Source: Dudresnaya verticillata (lineage: Eukaryota). Taken from it: 64,000 nt of DNA. Each line of letters begins with the position of its first letter. The stretch's first letter is position 1. Shown in pieces: positions 35,337 to 46,411 of the stretch. The notes below the pieces were generated by a model. It worked only from the letters and a program-made list of their open reading frames with translations, searched no databases and had not been told where the DNA came from. The position numbers were made by a program, and so were the translations under genes. The stretch is from contig OZ374563.1 in assembly GCA_977862235.1 (NCBI GenBank), forward strand, positions 186,001 to 250,000, given 5' to 3'.

Positions 35337-35949
35337 GGCTGCCGATCATCGATTCAGCGTAGCGCTCTGTTGCGTGTTACTGTACCAAAACTTGAATAGG
35401 GGCAGCTCACCGCACCGAGCTGCTTGGAGGCCTTGGAACCCTTTTTGTCAGCATGTGCTGAATGATCAGGTCACCAAGCTCGATGAGAGCATCTCAGTTT
35501 AGTGTTTCCACGGAAACAGGAGTAAGATGTGCTGAGTGCTGAACAAGACTACGGATAGAGATGGATGAGTCTACAAAGCCGCATTGCGTTGCTCGCGCCT
35601 AGATTGCCATGCATGCTCTGATGGCGAATCCAAAAGAACGTAAAATTGAAAACATATTTGATCCAGCTCAATTCACTACCGTCGGGCGTCGAAGAAGGCT
35701 TTTGACTTGGGCGGGAAGTTTCCGAAGGTGTGTCCTGAAGTGATCACAAAACTGCGCGCCTAGCTCCACGCACCTAGGCTGCGCCGTTATCTACCCGTTT
35801 GCAAGAGTTTGGGGATTCACGTTCCCGCTGAGTCTCGGAGTTGCAGACGCTGAAACCAACGGGGTTACCTACATTTGTGCTACGGGTAGCAACTTGCCCA
35901 GTCCGCGCCGCTGAACCAACACGCAAGTTCGGGCTTTGGAGAAAACAGA

Positions 35950-36414
35950 ATGGTATGTCCACAACACTGGACAATGAGTATTCCCAATTCCTCTCTCTAC
36001 AACCCTTTCCCTGACTAACTGACATTGTTGTATGTTCATTATCCTCTGCCAGTCGTCCAAATCTGCGGTTGTGCATCCAAAGCCATTCTTAGCGTCCTTG
36101 ACAGGGAAGGGCGTCATTGTTAAGCTGAAGTGGGGTATGGAATATCGAGGTAAGTTCAATACGAATCCATCAGTTCTTTTCTTCCTGTTGACTCGAAATA
36201 CTGACCTAAGCAAACCGATTACAAACATATTGAAATAGGATACCTGAAATCCGTTGATGCCTACATGAATATTCAGTTGGAAGAGGCTGAGGAATGGATC
36301 GATGGTGCGCTCGCTGGAAAGTTGGGAGAGATCCTCATAAGATGCAACAACGTATTGTATATTAGACCCGGCCTGGCCTCGAGTGCGGAGAAATCAGACG
36401 ATAAGATGGAGTGA
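35950..36414 (+). CDS. SNRPF: Small nuclear ribonucleoprotein SmF; exons 35950-35952, 36053-36149, 36239-36414
   Basis: The spliced product reads [53 protein letters not shown]. Introns are GTATGT..CTAAC..AG and GTAAGT..AG. Confidence 0.93.
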
Positions 36415-36824
36415 GCAGCAGGCGATATCTCTGAAAGCCCTTGCGGTCGCCAAAAGGCGAATTTTCTTTGGGCTTGGGAATGGCGAGGGCTTCTCGAGTG
36501 AGGTGGAATCGCAGCAGGAGAGGCTGTTGTAGCCTTGTCACTAGCCATCACCCGTGCTTCCCTATTTTCAGGATGCTCGGTGCTCGACTTCCGTTTTAGA
36601 ACGGCAGAGCTTCAATACTGAAATAGTGCGGTTGTGCGGGAAATGGAAGCTGGGAATTGTACGCGAAAGGGATGTGTTAAGCGGCATGTTCGTCGTGAAA
36701 AGTTAGCTCGCTGCGGATGTGCAGGTGTTTTGTTATTGTTGTTGGATTCTTCACGTAGCAAAATTGGAGCTACGTACTGCATGCATCTACGAGACTACGA
36801 CCATGGTGACACTTGTCTAGCAGT

Positions 36825-37742
36825 CTACACAGTCGCAGCAAGAGCCGACTTGTACGAGTCAATGATCTCAAGGAAAGTTGGTTTCAGCGAGGCGCCACCA
36901 ACCAAAAACCCGTCAATGTTGGGCTTCTTCGCTAATTCTTCGCAGTTCTTCGGTGAGACCGAGCCACCATAAAGGATCCTCGTGGAATCAGCGACTGCAG
37001 TCGAAACGTTTTTCTCCAACCATGACCGCACGGCCTGGTGGACATCCTCTGCTTGGTCCGGGGTTGCGACCTTTCCTGTGCCGATAGCCCATACTGGCTC
37101 ATAAGCAATAACAATGTTGGACCAGTCAGAAATGGCGCCAGCCAAAGCGGCCAACTGGCGTTCGCAGACTGCGACGGTGTTACCCGCCTCGCGCTCTTCC
37201 AGGAGCTCACCGATGCAGTAGATAACGCTGAGACCACCATCGGACAGAGAGTAAGCGGCCTTGGTTGCTATGGTCTCATCCGATTCCTTCATGATTGGAT
37301 GGTGACGGCGTTCTGAATGGCCAAGAATGGTCCAGTTGCTACCGACGTCCTTAACCATCTTCGCGTCTAGCTCCCCGGTATAGGCGCCGCCGGCAGAAAT
37401 CCAGACATTCTGAGCGGCGGTGGCAAAGTCGGATCGGAGCTGGGCGCGGGTGGAGTCGAGGTAGATAGAGGGCGGGGCGACGACAACGTCGACGTTGTCC
37501 TGGTCCAGGGCTGGGGAGGCGTTGAAGGCGGAGACGAGTTCTGCGATAGCGGCCTTGTCCAGGTTGCACTTCCAGTTCCCGCCGACGAAAAACTTGCGGC
37601 GGCCTACGGCCATACGGACGCAGGCGAAAGACGGGGCCGGGGCGACTGGGGCACTCCTCGGGACGACGGAGCGTCCGCTCGCGCGGGACAGGCCCGAGGT
37701 GAGGGCAGAGGCGCCCGATGTGACAAAGGCGGGAGCTGGCAT
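36825..37742 (-). CDS. TPI: Triosephosphate isomerase, plastid-targeted
   Basis: FFVGGNWK, ILGHSERR, IAYEPVWAIGTG, YGGSV and GFLVGGASL; MPAPAFV transit peptide. Confidence 0.97.
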   Translation of the reverse strand: MPAPAFVTSGASALTSGLSRASGRSVVPRSAPVAPAPSFACVRMAVGRRKFFVGGNWKCNLDKAAIAELVSAFNASPALDQDNVDVVVAPPSIYLDSTRAQLRSDFATAAQNVWISAGGAYTGELDAKMVKDVGSNWTILGHSERRHHPIMKESDETIATKAAYSLSDGGLSVIYCIGELLEEREAGNTVAVCERQLAALAGAISDWSNIVIAYEPVWAIGTGKVATPDQAEDVHQAVRSWLEKNVSTAVADSTRILYGGSVSPKNCEELAKKPNIDGFLVGGASLKPTFLEIIDSYKSALAATV

Positions 37743-38265
37743 TGCGGGTCGGGGGGGTCTGTGAGGGGTTGGGGTGGGGAAGTGTGCGGTCGTTGGACGG
37801 GAGAGAGGAGGCGGCGCCAAGCACGCGGCGGATGAAGGAGAATGCGGCACGACTTGAACGGATGAGAGGATCGGAACGAGAGGCAGGGATGACATGTGGA
37901 CCGAAGCGAGATCGTTACATGAAAATCTACGATGTGGCGACTTGGCGGGCGCGCATTGGACGCGATGCCAGCCCAAGAACGCCGCTCAGTGGCCCTTTCC
38001 GCCTCTTGACTGGTCGCATCGTCCGAGCGCAGATATTTCGCGCGGTTGGACGGCCGCCTAATATCTTCAGATCCAATTCTCCAATTTGCATAAGATTGGA
38101 TCAGCAATCCATTCCGTTCGGCCTGTCCCGCATTGCTGGAGCCACGCAGCACCTCAAACGCTGATGCGAGCTGTGAGCTGCGTCAGGCGTGCATCACCAG
38201 TTCCAAGCTCCTGCCGCTTTGTGCTCCCACTCCTTTGATCCTCGTTCCTCGAGCCCCCGACCACC

Positions 38266-40104
38266 ATGCACGCTCCGGTTGCCTTTGCGGGCGCACCGCT
38301 CCCGCCTACGGCCAGATCCAAACGCCATCTTCCCCACCGCCACCCGCCACACACAAGGCCGACCCGCCAAACACCCACCTGCGCCTCAACCGTTACCGTG
38401 CTGGACTACGGCGCTGGCAATGTCCGCTCCCTCGAGAACGCCGTGCGTCTCTTCGGCCACGACATCAAGTGGGCCCGCTCCGCCGCCGACATTGTCGCCG
38501 CCGACAAGCTCATCTTCCCGGGCGTTGGGTCCTTCGGCGCCGCCATGGACAACCTCCACTCCCGCGGCTTCGTCGACGCCCTCACCAAGTATGTCCAGGA
38601 CGACCGCCCGTTCCTCGGCATCTGCCTTGGTCTGCACACCCTCTTCGAAGCCTCTGAAGAGTCCCCTGGCGTGCCCGGTCTAGCCGTCTTCCCTGGCACA
38701 GTCCGCAAGTTCCGCTTCGACCCCGCGTTGGGCCTTGCAGTCCCGCATATCGGATGGAACTGCGTCACTGCCCGCCGCGATTCAGTCCTTCTCATGCCCG
38801 ACCCGGACGAGCCGGTTGCTGATTACCTCGACCGATATTATTTTGTCCACTCTTATCGCCTGGGCATGGATGTTGCCGATCCCATCCCGGACGCCGTCCT
38901 AGGTACCACTACTCATGGGGAAGAGTATCTTTCCGTCCTGCAGCGTGGTCGTGTATGCGCCACCCAGTTCCACCCGGAGAAATCCGGCCCGGCCGGCCTT
39001 CGCCTCATTCGCAACTTTCTCGCCTCAGACGATGTCTCCGTCGCCCCGAAGTGGTCTGCCACGCAGAAGCCTGCGCACTCTTCCATGCAAGCTTCCGGTA
39101 ACGGCAAGCCATCAAGAGGTTTGGCAAAGCGCGTCGTCGCCTGTCTAGATGTCCGAGAGAACGATCAAGGCGACCTCGTTGTCACAAAGGGTGACCAATA
39201 CGACGTGCGAGAAAAGACAGGTGAAAATGAGGTGCGCAACCTCGGCAAGCCGGTTGAGCTGGCCAAGCGATACTTCCGCGACGGTGCAGATGAAGTCTGC
39301 TTTTTGAACATTACTAGCTTCAGAGGGGAGCCAGTGGGATCTGCACCCATGATTGAGGTGCTAGAGCGAACGTCCCGAGAAGTCTTTGTGCCATTATGCA
39401 TTGGGGGCGGTATCCGTGACTACACAGACCGTACAGGTAGAGAGTACTCCGCATTGGATGTGGCCGCCATGTACTTCAGAGCCGGTGCTGATAAGGTGTC
39501 ATTGGGAAGCGATGCCGTGTACGCTGCAGAGAAGTTGATGGCCTCTGAAAGCGCGAAGGGCGATGGGACGTCGTCCATGGAACGGATTTCGCATGTATAT
39601 GGAGCTCAAGCAGTTGTTGTTTCAGTTGACCCCCGTCGAGTGTATGTTGACAAGCATGAAGATACGGACCACGCAACAGTAACTCACGATGACGGACGAA
39701 TATGCTGGTACCAATGCACGGTGAAAGGAGGCCGGGAGGGGCGGGACGTAGATGTGGTACAGTTAGTTCAGGCTGCAGAAGCACTTGGTGCAGGCGAGAT
39801 CCTGCTCAACTCCATGGACAGAGACGGCCAGAACGATGGGTACGATACGAAGCTTGTTGACATGGTGCGAAGTGCCGTTTCGATTCCTGTCATCGCTTCA
39901 TCAGGTGCGGGCAAAGTGGAACATTTCACAGAATGCTTTGACAAAACAGATGTTGAGGCAGCTCTCGCTGCTGGGATATTCCATCGACAGGAGGTGTCGA
40001 TTGGAGAGGTCAAGGAACACATGTCAGACCATGGGACGCCAGTGCGACTCGCAGGCCCTTTAGAGGATGTGCTGAAGGTCGCGGCGGGTTCTGTAGAGAA
40101 GTAG
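38266..40104 (+). CDS. HIS7: Bifunctional imidazole glycerol phosphate synthase HisHF, plastid-targeted
   Basis: LDYGAGN, FPGVG, GICLG and QFHPEKS (HisH) fused to ACLDVR..VVTKGDQY and ALAAGIFHR (HisF). Confidence 0.96.
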   Translation: MHAPVAFAGAPLPPTARSKRHLPHRHPPHTRPTRQTPTCASTVTVLDYGAGNVRSLENAVRLFGHDIKWARSAADIVAADKLIFPGVGSFGAAMDNLHSRGFVDALTKYVQDDRPFLGICLGLHTLFEASEESPGVPGLAVFPGTVRKFRFDPALGLAVPHIGWNCVTARRDSVLLMPDPDEPVADYLDRYYFVHSYRLGMDVADPIPDAVLGTTTHGEEYLSVLQRGRVCATQFHPEKSGPAGLRLIRNFLASDDVSVAPKWSATQKPAHSSMQASGNGKPSRGLAKRVVACLDVRENDQGDLVVTKGDQYDVREKTGENEVRNLGKPVELAKRYFRDGADEVCFLNITSFRGEPVGSAPMIEVLERTSREVFVPLCIGGGIRDYTDRTGREYSALDVAAMYFRAGADKVSLGSDAVYAAEKLMASESAKGDGTSSMERISHVYGAQAVVVSVDPRRVYVDKHEDTDHATVTHDDGRICWYQCTVKGGREGRDVDVVQLVQAAEALGAGEILLNSMDRDGQNDGYDTKLVDMVRSAVSIPVIASSGAGKVEHFTECFDKTDVEAALAAGIFHRQEVSIGEVKEHMSDHGTPVRLAGPLEDVLKVAAGSVEK

Positions 40105-40792
40105 GACCTGTTAAGCTGCTATCCAGCAGAATGCCGAAAGGGAGCAGGTAATAAGTTGTCTGAGAATATTTAGCCCTTGAAGATATACGCGTACTACCTC
40201 TGATGGACTTCGTTTCCGGATTTGTACAGACCAGCAGATCTTTTCTGTTTCCATTAAAACCCCTTTCAATTTGTACCCTTCCAAGGAATGCGAAGTTCAG
40301 TTGAGGTAGCGAACGCCTACATCAAACTGTTGGGAAGAGTTCCATCCCAACTGCATTGCATGCACAGCATAGTACACAGTACACCGAGAATATAATTGTT
40401 GCCGATTTACCAACATGTTATTGTCCTAACAACCTTCTAGGACACCGTCATGGCATGTCGAAGATGTTTCCGGAGTCCATTCGATCTGACTGGGTAAAGC
40501 GTCACGAGTCATCCCACAATGCTAGGGACAAAGCGGAATGGTTCCCTTTGTTGATCCCACATCGACCGCAGCGACTTTATTCTGACTCTATTGAGATCGT
40601 TTAGTTTCTTTCTGAAAGGGGTTCCGATGGGCTCGAACGTACGCGATTAGGTGCTGTTTGCGGCTACGGCGCTGATGTCGTTCGGTGGCATGCGGGAGAG
40701 TTTATTTTCGACCGCGCCGTTGACACCGATGACGACCTGTTTAAATATTATTACTTTCCACCTCTTGTACAACACGTGTACACAGCGGTCTG

Positions 40793-40900
40793 GTCACATT
40801 AGCTCAGTCGGCAGAGCGTAGGTCTCATAATGACGGAAAGCGTTAGCAATCCTAAGGTCGCGAGTTCAAGTCTCATCACTCGGAACCCTCGCATGTGGCT
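40793..40900 (+). tRNA. tRNA-Met(CAT), elongator-type, with an intron at 37/38 (40830-40848) and a second insertion in the T-loop (about 40871-40886)
   Basis: Acceptor stem GTCACAT/ATGTGGC, D-stem GCTC/GAGC, anticodon arm TAGGT-CTCATA|A-TCCTA with the Met-typical U31-U39 pair, T-stem GCGAG/CTCGC, and a downstream T-run. Confidence 0.85.
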
Positions 40901-40908
40901 GCACGCGA

Positions 40909-40917
40909 TTTTTTTTT
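40909..40917 (+). terminator. Pol III poly-T terminator of the tRNA
   Basis: T9 run 8 nt after the tRNA 3' end. Confidence 0.7.
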
Positions 40918-41101
40918 CCAGTTTTGTAATTATGGTCCTCGCAGGGCTACCAAGGCTATCTTCGTCGCCGCTGGTACCGTACGGTAGTCGAACCGTGTCT
41001 TGTTGCCGCACTGTCTTACCTGCACAGACGGATTCTCTGAAAGCCGTCACGTTGTAATGCCATCAACTTGGCTCTTACAAAAACGAGCTGAACATCTTTT
41101 A

Positions 41102-42741
41102 TCAACATCCGTTACGTTTTTTTGTATCGGAACTCTTGAAGAGGCAACTGAATAGATCAGATATTTTCTCAGATGCATACTCTGCCAGTACATACGTCGA
41201 CGCAAGAGGGCCGGCCGACGTAGGCATTACTCGAAACGATGATGCGTCGATCACTCGTAGCTTTTCGACGCCACGAACTTTTAGATTTCTTCGTAAGACC
41301 GGCCCTACTGCACAGCCCCCGACGAAATGCAATCCATGCTCGGTTGGGTTCCGCAACAACTCTTCGCTTATATCGCTGGGAGTAGGGGGTCCCACAATTG
41401 TGGCCTTCAACGAGGCAGGCAGATTTCGATTGATCTTCACCGCCTGCTGCAAGCACTTCTTGAGCCGTTGCACATCTTTCTGCATCCCGAGTAGGTTTAG
41501 CTGCACGTCAGGAGGCGAGAACGGATTTGCGCCCTTAACGCGAATGGAGCCAAATGAGGCAGGATTCGTGATACATGCCGATAGCAGTGTCAGGCTCCCA
41601 AGCCCATCACCGGCTAATGCATTGACAACAGATATGTAGCTTTGCTTCTTAACCAAAGCTAATACTAATGTTGATGGAATTCCTAGAACACTGCTTTTGC
41701 CGTTTTCCCATCTTCTCCTTTGCTTCTTGGAGTTCACGAGCTCCGCATTATTAGCTGGTTCGACAGGGACGCCCGAATAGATTGAAACCACCTGATTCAG
41801 TGGTCGAGCCTGTGTCCGTTCACCAACAGGCAGTTCGACTTTGTCCTCAATTCCAACACCACGGAGAACATCCTTGCTGTCTATACCGGACAACTGCAGC
41901 AGCTTCCGAGATTCGAAGGGACCTGCTGCAATGATGGTTTCCCTGCTTGTCATTAAGACCATCTAGCTCTTCATGCTCTTGCTTTCCGTAGAAACATATC
42001 CTACTTCCAGAGCCTGCCGCGGTTGATCATCGCTCAGAATAACCTTAGTCACTGTTACGTCTTGTATAACGCAACGGTTATTCTTACACTTGCCCATCAT
42101 GGCGGGTGTTATGTAACCAGTACAGGCGTTAATCCTTCTCCCGGACGGTGTGATTGCAACGGCATTGTACCATGCAGCGAGTCGGACCATTTGTGTAAAC
42201 GGTCTAAACTGATTCATGAACCCGCTCGTCATGGCTGCAGATAGGTAAGCATCTCCATAGACATGGCGAACGGCCTGGGGTGGTTGAGCGAATGGAAGTT
42301 GTCGGTACGCCCAACGAAAGTATTTCTTCACGCGTTAGAAGAAGAAAGACCCAGAATGCGCCATTTATCCACAGATGAACCTAATGGAACAGACCACTGC
42401 ATGCCGTTCAGAGAACTAGACCCGCCCAGAGTATTTCCAGTGATGATCAGGCGTGAAGCTCCAAACAGACCAGGGTTCGGTAACGATTGATAGGATTCTG
42501 ATACCTTCGGATTCGGCCACGAGCCCAGCATTTGTCTCGGTGAACGGATAAGAAACTCAGAGTCGCGGTCACGAGGAAGGCCGCATTCCAACACAGTGAT
42601 ATTTACATGGGGAAGAGCTTCGGACAAGCGAGCGGCAATCGTGCACCCAGTGGTGCCGCCACCCACGATGACGAAGTCGGGATTCGTCGCAAAAGCGGAA
42701 GTGACGATCTGAGTGACGAGGAGCAGGGTCTGAGTCCTCAT
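41102..42741 (-). pseudogene. GMC (glucose-methanol-choline) oxidoreductase, secreted type, disrupted
   Basis: DFVIVGGGTTGCTIAARLSE, GNTLGGSSSLNGM, HFVGGC and LKVRGVEKLRVIDAS; frameshift near 42330 and in-frame TAG at 41963-41965. Confidence 0.85.
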
Positions 42742-45429
42742 GATACAAGGATACGGCCAGCAAAACAGAAGACTGCGCAACTAAAATCGTCACTTCCTGA
42801 ACACGACCTGCAACCTGAAGGGGAAGAAATCGCGTTGCGCTTGCTATCAAGCGTTGCTTTTCTGAGTAACAGTTGTATATCACTGCTGGTCCGCACCTTA
42901 AGAACCGAGCGGGATGTGAGCCTATCGTTATATGAGCAGTCACATGATGTCATCACATAGTATGTATCAGTCAGTCACATAATGTTATCACATACCACAG
43001 TATCACATGATGCGACTGCTCATATGACAATACTAACTCTGGGCCACCTGGTACACATGCAGCATTGTCTGGTCCTGTACTAAGACTCGTAGGTTTGCTA
43101 GACAAAGTTTGATATGTCAGAATGGTGTCCTACATTAGCAGTAATGTATCAGACTGTACTGGCCCTACATACAACTTTTGAAGTGGCGAGGGCTTCCGTC
43201 TGGCCAACCTTCTAACGAATAGAAAGCCACGAGCGCGAAATCCTACGAGCAAGTTAGCCAACCTAAAGCCGAGCACCGGGAGAAAATGCTGTCTGGAAAA
43301 GGCCTTGATCTTAAGATTCCAGGAGTATCCTGAGGACGGTCGGGTGCCTCGGCCGTGATTCAAACCCGCGACCACTGACTTCCGTAGCCGCGGCAACCAC
43401 TAGGCCAGGGTGAGATTTAAGTCGTCCCAGGATATGTCTGGTCCGGCCCCAAGACTCCTTGGGTGGGAAGCCATTCTCAGTTCAATGAAAGAATGCAGCC
43501 TTCCTCTCGCAATGTTGCGGCATACTGTGCACGGGTTCACGAGGTAGCAGGTCTCTCTGTCTAGGAGATTTACAGTCCTTCTACCCTCCCGGAACGCTTG
43601 TTTTCCCGGCTCCTGCTGACCCAGATCACCCAGTGTCATCGCAAGCCTTGCTACGGAAAATCCTTGTTATAAGACGGCATCATATTCCTTCATCGCATCG
43701 GGGAATATTTCGAGGAAGCACTGGATGTCAGGAGCACTCTTCCAAAACACCGAAAAAGTTGTTCAACTTGCTAAAGAAATGCTCTATCGTCGCCTGGGAC
43801 ACCTTCTGATTTCTCTGGAGCTTCAGAGAGCGCGGCTAACGTAACATCGGCTGATGAAGGGATGGATGCCTTCACAGTCACCAAGTAGCCCATTTCGCAA
43901 CAGAGATGCATTGAGCTTCTCTCCAGTTTACATGTTTTGTAGCAATCCGTTGTTCTCGTTTGCGGCTTCCCCAGTGTTTCAATAGTCGTCGCGGGGGCTA
44001 CTAATGCAAACTCTGCCTCGCATGTTTGCAGGGTGCCCTGGAGGGCGCAATGCCAACATCAACTTCAGGCACCCAACTCATATTCTTACTATCGAGGAAT
44101 GTGGCCCTCATGCGTGAGCTGTGTTGTGGGCCGCGGCGGATGACTTTTGGATTCTCTATTCCCATGTCACACATTCTTGAAGGCCTCATATTTTTGGCTG
44201 ATTTCAAAGGAACTAGATCGGTGGACGGAAGGCGTCTTCTTTTTCCGCGGATATTCCTTTATCGAAGCCTTCTCATATCAAGGATTGTCTGTATCCACAA
44301 CCGTATTGCCGTTGGCCGAGGGTCGAACGAACGGCGGCCTGGGCGCCGGACCCCGGCGATTGACCCTCTGGAGACCCTTGGGCCCCTCCTGCCGGACCGT
44401 ACTAGTTGCCAACAATCGTACTACGGTATTTCTAGAAGTATTCGCAATGCGCATGTTAGTGGCAGCGTGGCAAAGGTGCGCCATATGGCGGGACGCATGT
44501 CAAGTTGTGAACGGCTCAGAAGATGGGGTTGTGCCTGAACTTCGACAAGAATATGACCAGGTGCGCAAAACATATGGGGCGCACATGTAGCAGTCTATCT
44601 GTGTCCAGCCCCATCATTAGGCAGGAACGTATCCGGTACAGCTCTGTGCCACAAGTTTTCAACGTTCTTGTCGACGGATAAGGGAGGGGTGACAAGTAGC
44701 GCTGATTTAGTTTAGAGTTTCTCGGCGGCAGTCTGCGTAGGGCACGCCATGGCGCAACGTCGGTAACATTTTTTTGAGCATGCAAGCCTCCCATTAACAA
44801 TGATGCCCGCTATCGTAAACCACCTGTAGATACCAACCGCGACTATCTTCTTCACCACTTTCTAAACGAAATGACTGCACTTTTGCCAAACACCGATCAA
44901 GAATGTGTTATTCTTGCCGTCGACTGACGCCCAGCGAGGGTAGAGTGTTCGGCTGCAGGGGCCCCCGGAACCTCGTGACAATTGCTCCTTCATGGCCACG
45001 TCCCTCTTAATATATTAGTATATTAGCTCCCTCGGATGTGGAAATAGTCACGAGCATTTGGGCATAGACCCGTCAGAGGCAAAAGGTCCGGCCGGGAAGA
45101 ATGACTTCGTTGGTTCTCGCCTTCAGCCTTCTACATTGTACCTTCAGAAGGTAGTACGTAGACATCAGACCTTGCGATAACATTATATCGTTGTACTTGT
45201 GCTGAGAAGCCGAGCAGACAGACAGCGCTGCAAGAGAAAAATTCACGGCATTATTTTTGTCCCGGAATAATGACGTCTCAGCCACAGTCGAGCTCTTTGC
45301 ATAGTCATACTGTATCTCTCAACCTCATTCACTCAGCCGAGAGGCCTTAGCCGACAAGTCTGGCTTCGCATCACACTTGTTGTCATCGAGAGCGAGGGTC
45401 GTTGAACTCTTGAACGAAGCTTTGCAAAA

Positions 45430-46215
45430 ATGCTGCGCTCAATGCAGAAAGTGGTACGGTTGACGGGTGGCCTTGCAGCATCTTCCAGGCTGGAACGAGT
45501 GTTGCCCTCACAACCATGTCACCGCAAATTCTCGTCACCAGTCTGGCAGTCGCCACCGTCCTTGGTCGACCGGATGAGCGACATCCCTTCACCGGCAGTG
45601 GCAAACCTTGTGCCAATGGTACTGGAGCAAACTCCGCGCGGGGAGCGCGTCTTTGACATCTATTCTCGTCTCCTCAAAGAGCATATTATCTGCCTCAATG
45701 GACCGATCAACGACGGAATGGCTTCCCTTGTAGTTGCTCAGCTCCTCTTCCTTGAGTCTGAAAACCCCTCTCGTCAGATATCTATGTACATTAATTCCCC
45801 GGGGGGTGTTGTTTCAAGCGGTCTGGCTATCTACGACACGATGGAGTACGTCTCTGCAGACGTGTCAACCTTATGCATTGGTCAAGCTTGCTCAATGGCT
45901 TCTCTGTTGCTGGCGGCCGGGGCACGAGGGGAGCGAAGAGCGTTACCTAATTCGCGAGTGATGATTCATCAACCATCCGGTGGCGCACAAGGGCAAGCAA
46001 GTGACATAGCCATTCATGCGACTGAGATTCTCAACCTGCGAAAGCGATTGAACAGCATCTATGTTCAGCACACTGGTCGCCCGCTTTCAGAAGTCGAGAG
46101 CCGCATGGAGCGTGACCACTTCATGTCTGCAGAGGAGGCCCTTGCCTTCGGCCTAATCGACCAGGTTGTGCATCCACGCGATCGTACGGAACAGCCCTTG
46201 TCGGCGACACCATAG
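45430..46215 (+). CDS. clpP: ATP-dependent Clp protease proteolytic subunit, mitochondrial-type
   Basis: [29 protein letters not shown] and MIHQPSGG; N-terminal presequence. Confidence 0.95.
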   Translation: MLRSMQKVVRLTGGLAASSRLERVLPSQPCHRKFSSPVWQSPPSLVDRMSDIPSPAVANLVPMVLEQTPRGERVFDIYSRLLKEHIICLNGPINDGMASLVVAQLLFLESENPSRQISMYINSPGGVVSSGLAIYDTMEYVSADVSTLCIGQACSMASLLLAAGARGERRALPNSRVMIHQPSGGAQGQASDIAIHATEILNLRKRLNSIYVQHTGRPLSEVESRMERDHFMSAEEALAFGLIDQVVHPRDRTEQPLSATP

Positions 46216-46411
46216 TGGAACCCAGTTTCTTGATCTGGATGGGGTCTTACTTTGCTTTCGGCGGAAACAAATGTGGCAATATGGGCGTGAGTATTCTTTA
46301 CACCGATAGCGTACGCATCGCATCACTAACGTGACTGGCTAGCTGCCTCTACCATAGACTCGCTCAGCTGGCGCTTTACAATAAGTTATGTATGTGTCGT
46401 ATGTTATCTAA

